From a virus (Duplodnaviria > Caudoviricetes), in IMG/VR virus record IMGVR_UViG_3300024297_000001: a stretch of DNA of 64,000 nucleotides. One strand, written 5' to 3'. The notes beneath the pieces are model-generated. The model searched no databases. It saw only the letters and a program-made list of their open reading frames with translations, and was not told the DNA's origin. Below, piece after piece: positions 1 through 9,189 of the stretch (its first letter is position 1; the number at the start of each line of letters is the position of its first letter). The translations under genes were made by a program, and so were the position numbers.

Positions 1-874
1 GTGGAATCCAAAAGCCTTTCCAGTTCTTTCTAATCTTGTTCATTGCGTCTCGATTCAAAGCACAACCTCCTGTTACAGCAAGATTGAAACTTGGATTATT
101 AAACTGTATGCTTGATGTAAGGTTAAGACATAGTTCTTCAAATACATGTTGTACAGCCGCCGCAAGGTTATCAATATCCTTAATCTCTGGTGCCCACCAT
201 TTTAATCCTCTATGGCAGTTCTCCTTGAACTTGATATTACATAATGGATCAAACGATACATCAAAGAAGTCATCGTATAAACGTTGTTTATACTTGTATG
301 GACTACCTGACTTTGCAAGTGTACAAACTACTGCTTCTTGTTTGTTAGGTTCATAACCTAAACGTTGTGTCATTGCACTGTACCAAAGTCCTAAACTGTT
401 AGGATAACTTTGACTGTTAATCTTTGTTAGTGAATCTGACTCACCTTTCCACATTGTTAGTGTTTCAAACTCTCCAATGCTGTCTATACAAATTATGTTA
501 CCGTGATTCCAACCACTTGTGTAATAACCATATGCCGCATGTGATTCGTGATGTGATACAGTGTATATAGGAACATTAACGTTCCACTGCTTTAAATATT
601 TTTTAATATTGTTTTCGTCAAACAACCAACCTTGACCTGCCCACAACTGTCTAATGCTTTTTAACATAGGACGTTCATACCAAACAACGTGATGTGGTTC
701 ACCGAAGTTCTTTCTTGCAACTTCAATAATAGTATGATTGAAGTGCGGATCGTTATCAACGTTACTGAAGTCCTTACTCAGTGCCGCCCACAACAATTCT
801 AACTTGTCATCTTCCTTTTTGAACACAGCCAATGATGCATCATGACTGTTACCTACCATTCCCCAAATTATCAT
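1..874 (-). CDS. Carbamoyltransferase (NodU/CmcH family), N-terminal part, runs off the window edge
   Basis: Not in the ORF track. Manual translation from ATG 874 (ATGA overlap with the upstream stop) gives MIIWGMVGNSHDASLA, SHHESHAAYGYY, DSIGE, SLGLWYSAMTQRLG and TGGCALN, with no stop before position 1. Confidence 0.85.
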   Translation of the reverse strand, partial: MIIWGMVGNSHDASLAVFKKEDDKLELLWAALSKDFSNVDNDPHFNHTIIEVARKNFGEPHHVVWYERPMLKSIRQLWAGQGWLFDENNIKKYLKQWNVNVPIYTVSHHESHAAYGYYTSGWNHGNIICIDSIGEFETLTMWKGESDSLTKINSQSYPNSLGLWYSAMTQRLGYEPNKQEAVVCTLAKSGSPYKYKQRLYDDFFDVSFDPLCNIKFKENCHRGLKWWAPEIKDIDNLAAAVQHVFEELCLNLTSSIQFNNPSFNLAVTGGCALNRDAMNKIRKNWKGFWIP

Positions 875-1116
875 TTTTTACCTCCGCGGTAACGTTTCCA
901 AATCTTGTGTAGTATGTAAAACCATACAGAATTAATTGCTGGTTCTATTATTGCAACTGCTCCTGCTTCCCAGATACTTGCACCTGTGATAGCACTTACA
1001 ACAATCATTGCTATTATAATATGTCCAATAAAAAATATAATGGCGAGTAATAAACTTTCGTCCAAGGTATCTTTTACAACATTCACAATGCCTTTAGTTA
1101 ACTCTGTCATAATCAT
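871..1116 (-). CDS. Small membrane protein, DUF2061-like
   Basis: Two hydrophobic segments ending in IEPAINSVWFYILHKIW. Confidence 0.65.
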   Translation of the reverse strand: MIMTELTKGIVNVVKDTLDESLLLAIIFFIGHIIIAMIVVSAITGASIWEAGAVAIIEPAINSVWFYILHKIWKRYRGGKK

Positions 1117-1227
1117 TTTACTTGTAGATAAACGGATCCCTTTTTTTAAGTTCTTCGATACGCTTCTTCATTCTGCGTTTCTCTTTCCAATCACAATAAG
1201 GCTTTGTGATCTTACCCCATACCTTTT

Positions 1228-2184
1228 TTAACCAAACCATTTTTTACTCCGTAGTTTAATTTTTAATTCATTCTTTTCACTTGATGATACAATTGAATAC
1301 AGTGTATAAATTTTACCATATGCTTTTATAGCGTCATTGACGTCATTGATGTTGTCGCCCCATTCCGGCATACTAATACTCCAACCAAGTTCGATTGCTT
1401 GTTCTACAAGTTTAGCACCTGCCTCATCTCTGTCTGGCACAACTATCTTATTTGTATTTAAACTATTAAGGAGCATGGCCTGTTGATCTTTGACTTCGCT
1501 ACCAAGCAATGCACAGCCTTCTACTGCAATAGCATCAAAAGGACCTTCTACAACTATAGTATGTACACGATTATAATCTTGTGCATCAAGATTGAATACA
1601 TATCCAGGTTGTTGATCACTTAGATATTTTGGATTACCATCTTTGATCTTACGTGCAGTGTATCCTACTATTTCTTTTTTGTGATAGAACGGAACAATGA
1701 TTCTGTCTTTTAATTCTGGTGACCAATGAAAGTTATAATCTTCCAAGTATAAGTTTCTTGATTGTAGATACTGTATAACTTCTATGGGTGTGTCTTTGCC
1801 GATAGGCTTACTGTCTTTGGGTAATTCTTTCTTATCAAACTTAGGCAGTTTTACTTCTATGTCACTCATGCCTACTTCTGCAATTTGTAAACACTGTAGA
1901 GCAAGTTTAGTAATTACGTCATCGGGTGTGTTCAACCATTGAAACAGTTTACGCATTTTATAACTTAACTGTCTGCCTGGAACCCAACTTGCTTTGAAGC
2001 CACAGTTGAAACAATGATAACTTATACCACCTTCACCGTTATTGATTAGTCCGCCACGTTGTCTTTTGTCAGCATTGGTTCCATTGTGTACACAACAGGG
2101 TGCATTGAAAGAAGTCCAACCACTTGGAGTAGTTTTCTTCTTAGACGGTAGATGTAACTGTAGTGTTTCGAATACAATGCTCAT
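1228..2184 (-). CDS. gp61: DNA primase (T4 gp61/DnaG-like)
   Basis: N-terminal Zn ribbon (APCC..YHCFNCG) and TOPRIM motifs VEGPFDA and PDRD. Confidence 0.9.
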   Translation of the reverse strand: MSIVFETLQLHLPSKKKTTPSGWTSFNAPCCVHNGTNADKRQRGGLINNGEGGISYHCFNCGFKASWVPGRQLSYKMRKLFQWLNTPDDVITKLALQCLQIAEVGMSDIEVKLPKFDKKELPKDSKPIGKDTPIEVIQYLQSRNLYLEDYNFHWSPELKDRIIVPFYHKKEIVGYTARKIKDGNPKYLSDQQPGYVFNLDAQDYNRVHTIVVEGPFDAIAVEGCALLGSEVKDQQAMLLNSLNTNKIVVPDRDEAGAKLVEQAIELGWSISMPEWGDNINDVNDAIKAYGKIYTLYSIVSSSEKNELKIKLRSKKWFG

Positions 2185-2190
2185 AATACT

Positions 2191-2219
2191 ATTATAGTAT
2201 ATTATGAGCGAAAAGTCAA
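2191..2219 (-). promoter_or_regulatory. sigma70-type promoter for the primase operon
   Basis: TTGACT-17 nt-TATAAT, ending 6 nt before the primase ATG. Confidence 0.8.
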
Positions 2220-3008
2220 CTAATTTCGGACTAATACTTTATCAATTGTTCCAGAATTTGTTGTTGTATATTTGGTTCTCAAATATGAAAACACACCATT
2301 AAAATTAACTGGAGTAGGTTCAGTTGGATTAGTTAAACTTACAGATGTAATGTCTACCCAATTACTTGGATTTTGATTTTCCAAACTACCTTGGATAGTT
2401 ACTGTACCTGTAAAGTCAGTTGAGTATATCGCCGCAGTGTGCAAAGCATCATTGCCGTTCAGTGCCGCTTCACCAGGTACTGATTCACTGTTGTATTCAA
2501 CTGGGTCAGAGTTTTGAACTTCTGTGAAAGACGTAACGGAGTATGCTTCTTTCGGACCAGGGAATGCTTCGCCGTGCAACTCGATGGTACCAATCATCTC
2601 AAAGTGGCTGTTAGCATAAGTGATTACTTCACTGTTGTCACTATCCTTAGTCAAGTAAATTGTATAAGTTAGTAACTGATCGTCTAAGTTTAGTAAGTCG
2701 TTTGCAGTAATATTAACTTCAAACTGACCTTTATAGTTAGGCGTTGATGTTTCTTTTATTGTTCCTGTTTTAGTAAGCACTTGTGTTTTAGCATGATCGA
2801 ACGCTGTAAAGTGTGGCGTATAAGTATTAAGTATGCTTATAGGCTTACTGTCATTATTTTTTATTTCAAAGGTCAACTTGTTGTCGATACCTTTAAAAAT
2901 TTTTAAGTTTTTCTGGTACACTTGTCTTAACTCCGTTGTTGTGCCCGTAGTCACATTTGCTACGAGATTGGTTTTGGCATTGACTAAATATCTGGGTATA
3001 AGTTGCAT
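2220..3008 (-). CDS. Hypothetical protein, probably virion-associated
   Basis: 262-aa Thr/Asn-rich ORF with TAAATA 5 nt upstream of the ATG. Function not recognised. Confidence 0.6.
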   Translation of the reverse strand: MQLIPRYLVNAKTNLVANVTTGTTTELRQVYQKNLKIFKGIDNKLTFEIKNNDSKPISILNTYTPHFTAFDHAKTQVLTKTGTIKETSTPNYKGQFEVNITANDLLNLDDQLLTYTIYLTKDSDNSEVITYANSHFEMIGTIELHGEAFPGPKEAYSVTSFTEVQNSDPVEYNSESVPGEAALNGNDALHTAAIYSTDFTGTVTIQGSLENQNPSNWVDITSVSLTNPTEPTPVNFNGVFSYLRTKYTTTNSGTIDKVLVRN

Positions 3009-3026
3009 AATACTATTTATTAGAGA

Positions 3027-3398
3027 ATGATGTTAAGAAAAGATATAGAAGATAAATTTCCGTTTTTAAGTGTTGTTACCTATGGTGGCAATGAGTACGT
3101 TGGTATAGTCTGTAATCAGGATAATTTTATTACAAGCATGTACGTTTACTCAGAGTTACAAACAGATAGGCACAGAGACTTGTTCTTAGAGATGGGTGAA
3201 ACATGGTGGTGGGAAAGCAACCGCATGATACCTATCAACATCTTTTTACGCAAAGAGATGGACAAGTTTAGATACTGTTTAGTTAACATGAACAGCAAAG
3301 ACGTAAAAATTGTTCACGGACCTACAGTGAACTTAAAGAACCTTACACTCAAAAGAGTGAAAAGACGTTCAGTACAATTAGTAAAAAAGCCTAAATAA
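3027..3398 (+). CDS. Hypothetical protein
   Basis: 123-aa ORF filling the gap between two minus-strand genes and abutting the convergent stop at 3399. Confidence 0.7.
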   Translation: MMLRKDIEDKFPFLSVVTYGGNEYVGIVCNQDNFITSMYVYSELQTDRHRDLFLEMGETWWWESNRMIPINIFLRKEMDKFRYCLVNMNSKDVKIVHGPTVNLKNLTLKRVKRRSVQLVKKPK

Positions 3399-3959
3399 TT
3401 ATTGTTGGATCTGTTCGCAGAGCAGATTCATGTGGACTACGATTGCTTGTGCATAAGCCATCGCATGTGCCTTCTTAAAGTAATAGGAACCGTCTTCAGG
3501 TTTTACCCATACTTCTTGTAGTATCTCTTTCCAAGGCTTGTCCTGTAGATGTCGCTTGGCTGGTCTTATTATTGCTAACGTTGCCGCCAACTGTTGTATG
3601 CTTGTTGGCTTCAACTTCTTTAGAAGAGAACTGTGTTCTCCTACGTGAAACAATTTGTTGCTGAATTCTGGAGCGGTGAGTAAATCCCATAATGGTTCCT
3701 TTTTCATGAGTTCTAAAAGATGCTGTTCATCTTTTACATCTTTATATATCGAAACATTTAGAAAGTCTAATTTAAAGTAACCTCTATCTTCTGCTGTCTT
3801 ATGTTCGATCGTAGATAAGTTGTCCACAGGATTGTGTGGAATCTCAGTTGTGTATACACCAGTGTTGTGTTTCTTGCCTGTGTTAAGTTTAGCGACACGA
3901 TGCTTGATCTTACCAAGCACTACATCTCTATCAGCAAAGTCTATATCTATATCAGGCAT
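3399..3959 (-). CDS. Miniature family-C DNA polymerase (DnaE catalytic core)
   Basis: PDIDIDF, GYFKLDFL and FKKAHAMAYA match the DnaE motifs PDxDxDF, KxDFL and FNKSHAxAY, but in only 186 aa. Confidence 0.8.
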   Translation of the reverse strand: MPDIDIDFADRDVVLGKIKHRVAKLNTGKKHNTGVYTTEIPHNPVDNLSTIEHKTAEDRGYFKLDFLNVSIYKDVKDEQHLLELMKKEPLWDLLTAPEFSNKLFHVGEHSSLLKKLKPTSIQQLAATLAIIRPAKRHLQDKPWKEILQEVWVKPEDGSYYFKKAHAMAYAQAIVVHMNLLCEQIQQ

Positions 3960-3960
3960 T

Positions 3961-4053
3961 TTATTTTGGCTCTTCTTTGTCCATGCACCATAGCATGAAT
4001 ACGGGTATTACGTAACACGCACATAGAAATAATATTCCGTACAGTATTACCAT
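3961..4053 (-). CDS. 30-aa hydrophobic microprotein
   Basis: MVILYGILFLCACYVIPVFMLWCMDKEEPK. Overlaps the upstream stop and ends 1 nt before the mini-DnaE ATG. Confidence 0.4.
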   Translation of the reverse strand: MVILYGILFLCACYVIPVFMLWCMDKEEPK

Positions 4054-4124
4054 TTTGGTTTGTACAATGTTTGTATTGTACCATCTCCGGGTATGTAGTA
4101 TCCTTCTATTTCTCTTTTATTCAC
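4047..4124 (-). CDS. 25-aa microprotein
   Basis: GTG start overlapping the upstream stop; VNKREIEGYYIPGDGTIQTLYKPKW. Confidence 0.3.
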   Translation of the reverse strand: MNKREIEGYYIPGDGTIQTLYKPKW

Positions 4125-4458
4125 CCGCTTCGACAATACTACGGTCGATTTCTTTTTCGACTTCTTTTTCTTTTTTGTCTTCATTTTGTCCCACCAAGTT
4201 AGTTGGTTTGTTTATCGGCATACCACTTCTATTGAACCATCTATCATCATCTGTAACATACACATGACTTCTAAACTTTGTCTTGTCAATGTCTTTTAAA
4301 GTGATTGCACGTTTATGAATACCACCTTTATACTGTGTGTAATCTCTGTTGATCAATCTCATTGATCCTCCACTTGCAGGACTGCCGTAAAGTCTATCTA
4401 TACTTTCTCCATCAGGTCCCATATGGTTACTGATTACTTGATAATTGTTGTTATTCAT
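4117..4458 (-). CDS. Hypothetical early protein
   Basis: 113-aa ORF immediately downstream of a consensus sigma70 promoter. Confidence 0.65.
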   Translation of the reverse strand: MNNNNYQVISNHMGPDGESIDRLYGSPASGGSMRLINRDYTQYKGGIHKRAITLKDIDKTKFRSHVYVTDDDRWFNRSGMPINKPTNLVGQNEDKKEKEVEKEIDRSIVEAGE

Positions 4459-4465
4459 AGTTAAT

Positions 4466-4494
4466 ATTATACACGTTTAATTGGTTAAAGTCAA
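4466..4494 (-). promoter_or_regulatory. sigma70-type promoter
   Basis: TTGACT-17 nt-TATAAT. Confidence 0.8.
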
Positions 4495-5178
4495 TCACAA
4501 GTTAGCCTTTTGGGCAATCTCTTTTACCAATTCTACATCAACAGGACTGCGTTTGAATCGTATTGCCCAATGTTGTGGATCCATTACTGCATATACAATC
4601 CCAAGTTGTTCATCGTTGAATTTGGATAGCATCTCTTTGCCACTTGCACAATTTAATACAAGCCATGCACTAATCTTACCATCACGTAAATGTTGTGTTA
4701 CTCTGTTAAGACTTGCGTATCTAAAATAATCATTCCATGGTGCTTCTTGTTCATCTGCCCATTCCATCATAGTTTTGATTGAACGTTCTACTGCTGTTTC
4801 AACCCCTTCCTTCTTTAGGATATCAATTGCATACTTTTCATACAGTTCATCTCTACACCAGTGATCAAGTTTAACTCCACTTGTTACTACATAGTCAATA
4901 TACTTTTCTGGATACAGTGGTCGGACGTTGTTTACAAAAGATCCAAACTTTACAAATGCATTATAGTATTGACTGTCACAGAAGTCTTGATATGTCTTTT
5001 CTTTCTTAATGTTTTGACACAGTACATAGAATCTTGTAAAAGCATAATAACCTAACTGTACATGCTTTTCATTCTTTTGCAATGCACGTCTTTTCTTTTC
5101 GCACATATGAACTGCAAGAGTCTTTTCTCTTGAGTATGATGTACCGCAGTATGGACATACAAATTTTTTGTCAGACAC
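4495..5178 (-). CDS. Hypothetical protein with an N-terminal C2H2-like zinc finger
   Basis: FVCPYCG..LAVHMC. The likely start is GTG 5178, just after the upstream stop; the ORF track extends it to 5256. Confidence 0.7.
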   Translation of the reverse strand: MSDKKFVCPYCGTSYSREKTLAVHMCEKKRRALQKNEKHVQLGYYAFTRFYVLCQNIKKEKTYQDFCDSQYYNAFVKFGSFVNNVRPLYPEKYIDYVVTSGVKLDHWCRDELYEKYAIDILKKEGVETAVERSIKTMMEWADEQEAPWNDYFRYASLNRVTQHLRDGKISAWLVLNCASGKEMLSKFNDEQLGIVYAVMDPQHWAIRFKRSPVDVELVKEIAQKANL

Positions 5179-5179
5179 G

Positions 5180-5995
5180 TTAGTAACCCCTTGCGTATCT
5201 TTTATTTGTATCGTAACCTGCTTCAAGAATTGCTTTTCCGATATCTTTGTAGTCATTTACTTCCTCTAATACTTTTTGATATTTTTGTGCAAACGCTTTA
5301 TCAATACCTACACCTAACATTGGTGATATACGTTTTTGCAAATATTCATAATACATCATAGGCGTTGGGTGATAATCTAATGTAGGTTCTTCATCTAAGT
5401 TACCTAACTTTGCACCTTTGAACGATAAACGGTTATCATGCATCTGCACCATCCAGTTGTACATATCCTTTTCAATCCAGTAATTGTTTTGTAAGATCTT
5501 TTTGTACGGTGCCCATTGCGGATCTTGTACTATTTCTTCTCTCATGTCTGTACCAAAGATCATTATGATTCTTGCCTTACAACTTGTTCTTGCAATACCT
5601 ATTGCGGCGTGTATAGAGTTAAATGTATGCATCATATACGAACGTTCACTCCATAACTTATTCATTACAAAGCCTTTAACAGAATCAGCGGCATTGTCTA
5701 CAAATATGTTGCCACCTGGATACCAACTCTCTGGCAAGTCTGGATCCCACTTGTGATGATCAAACCTGTGATAGTCAGTCCATTGTATAATAACTGTGTC
5801 CTCAGTAGTAAAGTCATGACGTAAACATGCTTCACTGAAGCGTTCCATAATCTGTCTATTGCCAGCACCTCTGTTACCCCAGTTGTAAAATTCTTGATAA
5901 CTTTGTCCTAAGATGTCTGCCCATGTTGGCCAATGATATCTTGTTAGGCTACAACCAAATGTAAACAGTCTTCCGTTCTTTTTAATTATGGCCAT
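5180..5995 (-). CDS. SGNH/GDSL-like protein
   Basis: LFTFGCSLT (block I), NWGNRGAGN (block II) and a distal DYHP. Paralog of 60894..61826. Confidence 0.6.
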   Translation of the reverse strand: MAIIKKNGRLFTFGCSLTRYHWPTWADILGQSYQEFYNWGNRGAGNRQIMERFSEACLRHDFTTEDTVIIQWTDYHRFDHHKWDPDLPESWYPGGNIFVDNAADSVKGFVMNKLWSERSYMMHTFNSIHAAIGIARTSCKARIIMIFGTDMREEIVQDPQWAPYKKILQNNYWIEKDMYNWMVQMHDNRLSFKGAKLGNLDEEPTLDYHPTPMMYYEYLQKRISPMLGVGIDKAFAQKYQKVLEEVNDYKDIGKAILEAGYDTNKRYARGY

Positions 5996-6428
5996 TGAAT
6001 TCCTCTATAAATTTTTCTATATCTTTTTTCTTATTCATATTAACTAACATCTGTATTTCATCTGCTTTCATGTTAGGAAATATCTTTTCAAGTTCTTTGC
6101 CTGTTTTGTTTGTTGCACCTTTTTTCTTTTTGTAACCAATCCATTCATGATATTGAATAGACTTGTTTTCATTAGATGTCATGCATAGCAGTTGCCATAA
6201 TAGTTTTTGATGTTTAGCAACTGTAAAATAATTCTTGTTATAATATTCATTAGTCTTAAACACTGCAAGTTCTTGTGCTTCACGTTTACCTTTGACTACA
6301 CTGCAATATCTATTAAGCAAAAAGAAACTAACGGCCTTACGTTGTTCATCAGTAAGTTCGTCCCATACTTCCTTTGCATTCATATCGATTGCACCAAGTA
6401 TATCTTTTAAAGGTAATTTATCAGCCAT
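5982..6428 (-). CDS. Putative clamp-loader small subunit (gp62-like)
   Basis: Size and the FFLLNRY..NEYYNKNYF..HQKLLW pattern resemble T4-like gp62. Confidence 0.5.
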   Translation of the reverse strand: MADKLPLKDILGAIDMNAKEVWDELTDEQRKAVSFFLLNRYCSVVKGKREAQELAVFKTNEYYNKNYFTVAKHQKLLWQLLCMTSNENKSIQYHEWIGYKKKKGATNKTGKELEKIFPNMKADEIQMLVNMNKKKDIEKFIEEFNGHN

Positions 6429-6999
6429 TTAGTTTTGTCTCTATTGAATATGTCATACCTATTGTAACACGAAACGGAACAGTAGTCAAGTCCATCGTGT
6501 GCCAATAGTGTGCAGGAAACAGTACACCATTTCCTCTTTTATATTTTGTTCTTGTTAATTCGGTCTTACCATCTTCTTCAAAAAATATTGTATCACCGTC
6601 TGCATCATTAACATAGTAAACAAACGTCCATAGTCCAGGCTCGTTGTTGCTTACATCAGTGTGCGGACCATAGTAAACATTTTGTACAGTACCATTTAGT
6701 CTTGTACGTGTTACTGTATTGATCTGTGCATCTGGTATTGTGTTAGGAATAATATCACGTGTCAGTGCAGTGTGCAATAACTTTGTAAGTTCTTTGTGGT
6801 CATCAAGTATATTACTTTGTGTACAAAACATAACATCAGTGAATAGTGCAGGAGTCTTGTATTTGTCTCCTTCTTCGTGTTCTTCTGGTACACTTACAAA
6901 CTGCCAATTAACATCTTTAGTTTGATCCTCAATGTATTGTACAAGCCAACTTGGAAACGGATTTTCAATATTAAAAATGTTATCTTTGCTTACTATCAT
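6421..6999 (-). CDS. 2OG-Fe(II) oxygenase
   Basis: PHTD, FVYYVNDADGDT and VLFPAHYWH give the HxD...H triad, followed by the distal R. Confidence 0.85.
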   Translation of the reverse strand: MIVSKDNIFNIENPFPSWLVQYIEDQTKDVNWQFVSVPEEHEEGDKYKTPALFTDVMFCTQSNILDDHKELTKLLHTALTRDIIPNTIPDAQINTVTRTRLNGTVQNVYYGPHTDVSNNEPGLWTFVYYVNDADGDTIFFEEDGKTELTRTKYKRGNGVLFPAHYWHTMDLTTVPFRVTIGMTYSIETKLNG

Positions 7000-7181
7000 C
7001 TTTTCAAAAACCTTTTCGCGGCATCAATTGGATTACGTAAACCTTCATACGTTTTATCAATGAAGCCTATATGTTTAGTTAGTTTGTTGTCTAATGCTTC
7101 AAGTGTTAATTGTAATTTGTCAACCTTTACATTTAACAATTCTATATCTCTCATTAGTTTTTCTTCGTTGCTTGGACTCAC
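6996..7181 (-). CDS. Small coiled-coil hypothetical protein
   Basis: 61 aa with heptad-like character, overlapping both neighbours. Confidence 0.55.
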   Translation of the reverse strand: MSPSNEEKLMRDIELLNVKVDKLQLTLEALDNKLTKHIGFIDKTYEGLRNPIDAAKRFLKR

Positions 7182-7285
7182 TTACCTAACTCCTCTATAG
7201 TTTTTGTATCCTCAAAGTCTACTCCTGTGTCTGTGTAAACTGCCACTGCCGCAAATAATACTAAAATAAAAATTAATAATCGCAT
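7178..7285 (-). CDS. 35-aa secreted or membrane microprotein
   Basis: MRLLIFILVLFAAVAVYT. The ATG forms a TAATG overlap with the upstream stop; the track's longer ORF is the same frame extended. Confidence 0.5.
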   Translation of the reverse strand: MRLLIFILVLFAAVAVYTDTGVDFEDTKTIEELGK

Positions 7286-7998
7286 TACTTTCCTTTCTTT
7301 TTCATTCGGTTTATAAAACGTGCATAACTTCCTACGCCCATCATAAGACTGTTCATCTTGTTTAGTTCCTCTGATGAAACCAAATGTGTTTTTAATTCGA
7401 TCCGTTTTTCTGTTAGTGGTACCAAGTGTAGCCACGGATCACCTGGCTCAATAGTTAGTTCACTGTTGAATGGTACCATCAAGTTAACAATAGTTGCATG
7501 TTGATACTTGAACTCTGATATAGCAGGAACTGTCCAATACTCTATTGGATTAGTCATATGCCATTGCGGACTTGTCCATAACCATTTGGTTCCGCTTGTA
7601 TCTCTTATCTGCCACGGACTCATTACCTTGCCATGAAACATATTTGGCTTGTGGTGTGCATAGTCTTGTGGGTCATGTGGTATAACAGGACTGCCTTCTG
7701 GATACGTTTGTATCATTGCTTGATCAGGTTGATCAAATGTTTTAATTTTTAATTGCATCCAGGCAGGAAACATAACGCCTGTTGTTAGTAATTCGTTTAC
7801 GTGTGGACAACGTTTTAGTGTAGCATTGTCTAAGCCTTGATATGTCATGCTATCAAACTTACGTGTTGATGCCATCTTCTTCCACCATTCAGGCATTGTG
7901 TCCTTGGCAAGTTCAGGCTCATACGCATCATAGATAACACGCTGATCAGTAAAACAATCTAATGTTATTGTGCTTGGCTTATTAAAAATACTAAACAT
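7285..7998 (-). CDS. Hypothetical protein (PxWxK..KxCP family)
   Basis: MPEWWKK..TLKRCP..GVMFPAW. Paralog of 49852..50553. Confidence 0.7.
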   Translation of the reverse strand: MFSIFNKPSTITLDCFTDQRVIYDAYEPELAKDTMPEWWKKMASTRKFDSMTYQGLDNATLKRCPHVNELLTTGVMFPAWMQLKIKTFDQPDQAMIQTYPEGSPVIPHDPQDYAHHKPNMFHGKVMSPWQIRDTSGTKWLWTSPQWHMTNPIEYWTVPAISEFKYQHATIVNLMVPFNSELTIEPGDPWLHLVPLTEKRIELKTHLVSSEELNKMNSLMMGVGSYARFINRMKKKGK

Positions 7999-8626
7999 CT
8001 TGCCTCGTTATATGGTCGTTGTCTGTTTGGTGTGGGCGTTCTAACTCACAGTGCCAATTCATACCCATTACAATTCTACGTTGTGTAGATTTGTTAGGTT
8101 GACTCCTATGACTCAACCAACCAGGAAAGAACACTACATCGCCCTGTTCGACTTCAACCTCTGTAAAGTAGTTATGAAGTTTTGATTGATTTTGAGCGAA
8201 ACGTGGATAACCTGCAAACAACGTTCTTTCTTTATTTTCAAATTCTAAGTTGCCACCATTCTCTGGTTGCTGTATGTACACACTACACACAAGATGACTA
8301 TTTCCGTGATCGTGTGTGTCAGTCCATGCACCTTCAAAGTGACTATTGACCCAACTCTTTGTTACACCAAATGTGTTGTAGTTCAAGTCCCATGCTTCTA
8401 AAACTTTGTTTGCTTGTCCTTTTAACCAACCGTTCAATAGTCTTGTTTCTTCCCATAAGTGTGGAGCATCAAGATGACCTGTACTTGTAATACCACCATC
8501 TTGTTCTACTTCGCCTGGATCAATAATAGTGTCTAATAGTTTTGCACTACGTTCAGCAATAGCAGTTAAGTCAACAGGACAGTTGACCTTATAAACTAAA
8601 TGAGGTGATATTAAAATAGGTTCCAT
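7991..8626 (-). CDS. 2OG-Fe(II) oxygenase, TIGR02466-like
   Basis: SWVN, HDHGNS, SVYIQ, GDVVFFPGWLSH and RIVMGMN. Confidence 0.85.
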   Translation of the reverse strand: MEPILISPHLVYKVNCPVDLTAIAERSAKLLDTIIDPGEVEQDGGITSTGHLDAPHLWEETRLLNGWLKGQANKVLEAWDLNYNTFGVTKSWVNSHFEGAWTDTHDHGNSHLVCSVYIQQPENGGNLEFENKERTLFAGYPRFAQNQSKLHNYFTEVEVEQGDVVFFPGWLSHRSQPNKSTQRRIVMGMNWHCELERPHQTDNDHITRQDV

Positions 8627-9189
8627 TATGTCTCTTTCTTGAATAAAGGATCTGAATCTCTTTTCTTTCTACATTCCATACTTACACGTCTCTCTTTCCA
8701 AAACATGTTATTCATTATCCTAAAGTCAGTAACTGCTTCTACTTTGTTTGTCCACCATTCTTGACTTTCAACAATCAAGTGTGCGTTACGTCCATCGGGT
8801 AAATTCTTACCTGCAGGTTTTGTATCAATGATCAAGTATGCAGTATTCAATGTTAGACTTTCAATATCTTTCAACACATTGTCAATTAAGTCTGGTTCAA
8901 TGTGTTCTAAAACATCTGCACATATAACTAACTCCGCAGGAGCATTTGGTCTTTTAGAAAACTTTGCATAACCTGGATCGTAATTAGTGCAACGTATGTG
9001 GGCATATCGTTTTGATATGTTTTCAAGCACATGACCTTTGCCACAACCGTAATCAATAATACTACTACATCGGTTGTTTGCTAACCATTGATCGATGTGT
9101 TTGTAACGTCCACTATCACCAAAAGAACTTTTCTGCTTGTGCAATAATTGTAATTGTCTTGCATAAGAGTCAGTAACTGTTTTAGTCAT
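8626..9189 (-). CDS. Class I SAM-dependent methyltransferase
   Basis: IIDYGCGKG and VICADVLEHI. Confidence 0.85.
   Translation of the reverse strand: MTKTVTDSYARQLQLLHKQKSSFGDSGRYKHIDQWLANNRCSSIIDYGCGKGHVLENISKRYAHIRCTNYDPGYAKFSKRPNAPAELVICADVLEHIEPDLIDNVLKDIESLTLNTAYLIIDTKPAGKNLPDGRNAHLIVESQEWWTNKVEAVTDFRIMNNMFWKERRVSMECRKKRDSDPLFKKET

Noticed and set aside
3399-3959. Mini-DnaE as a pseudogene
   Set aside because: It has a clean start and stop, all catalytic motifs in one frame and no flanking remnants, so it is kept as a finding instead.
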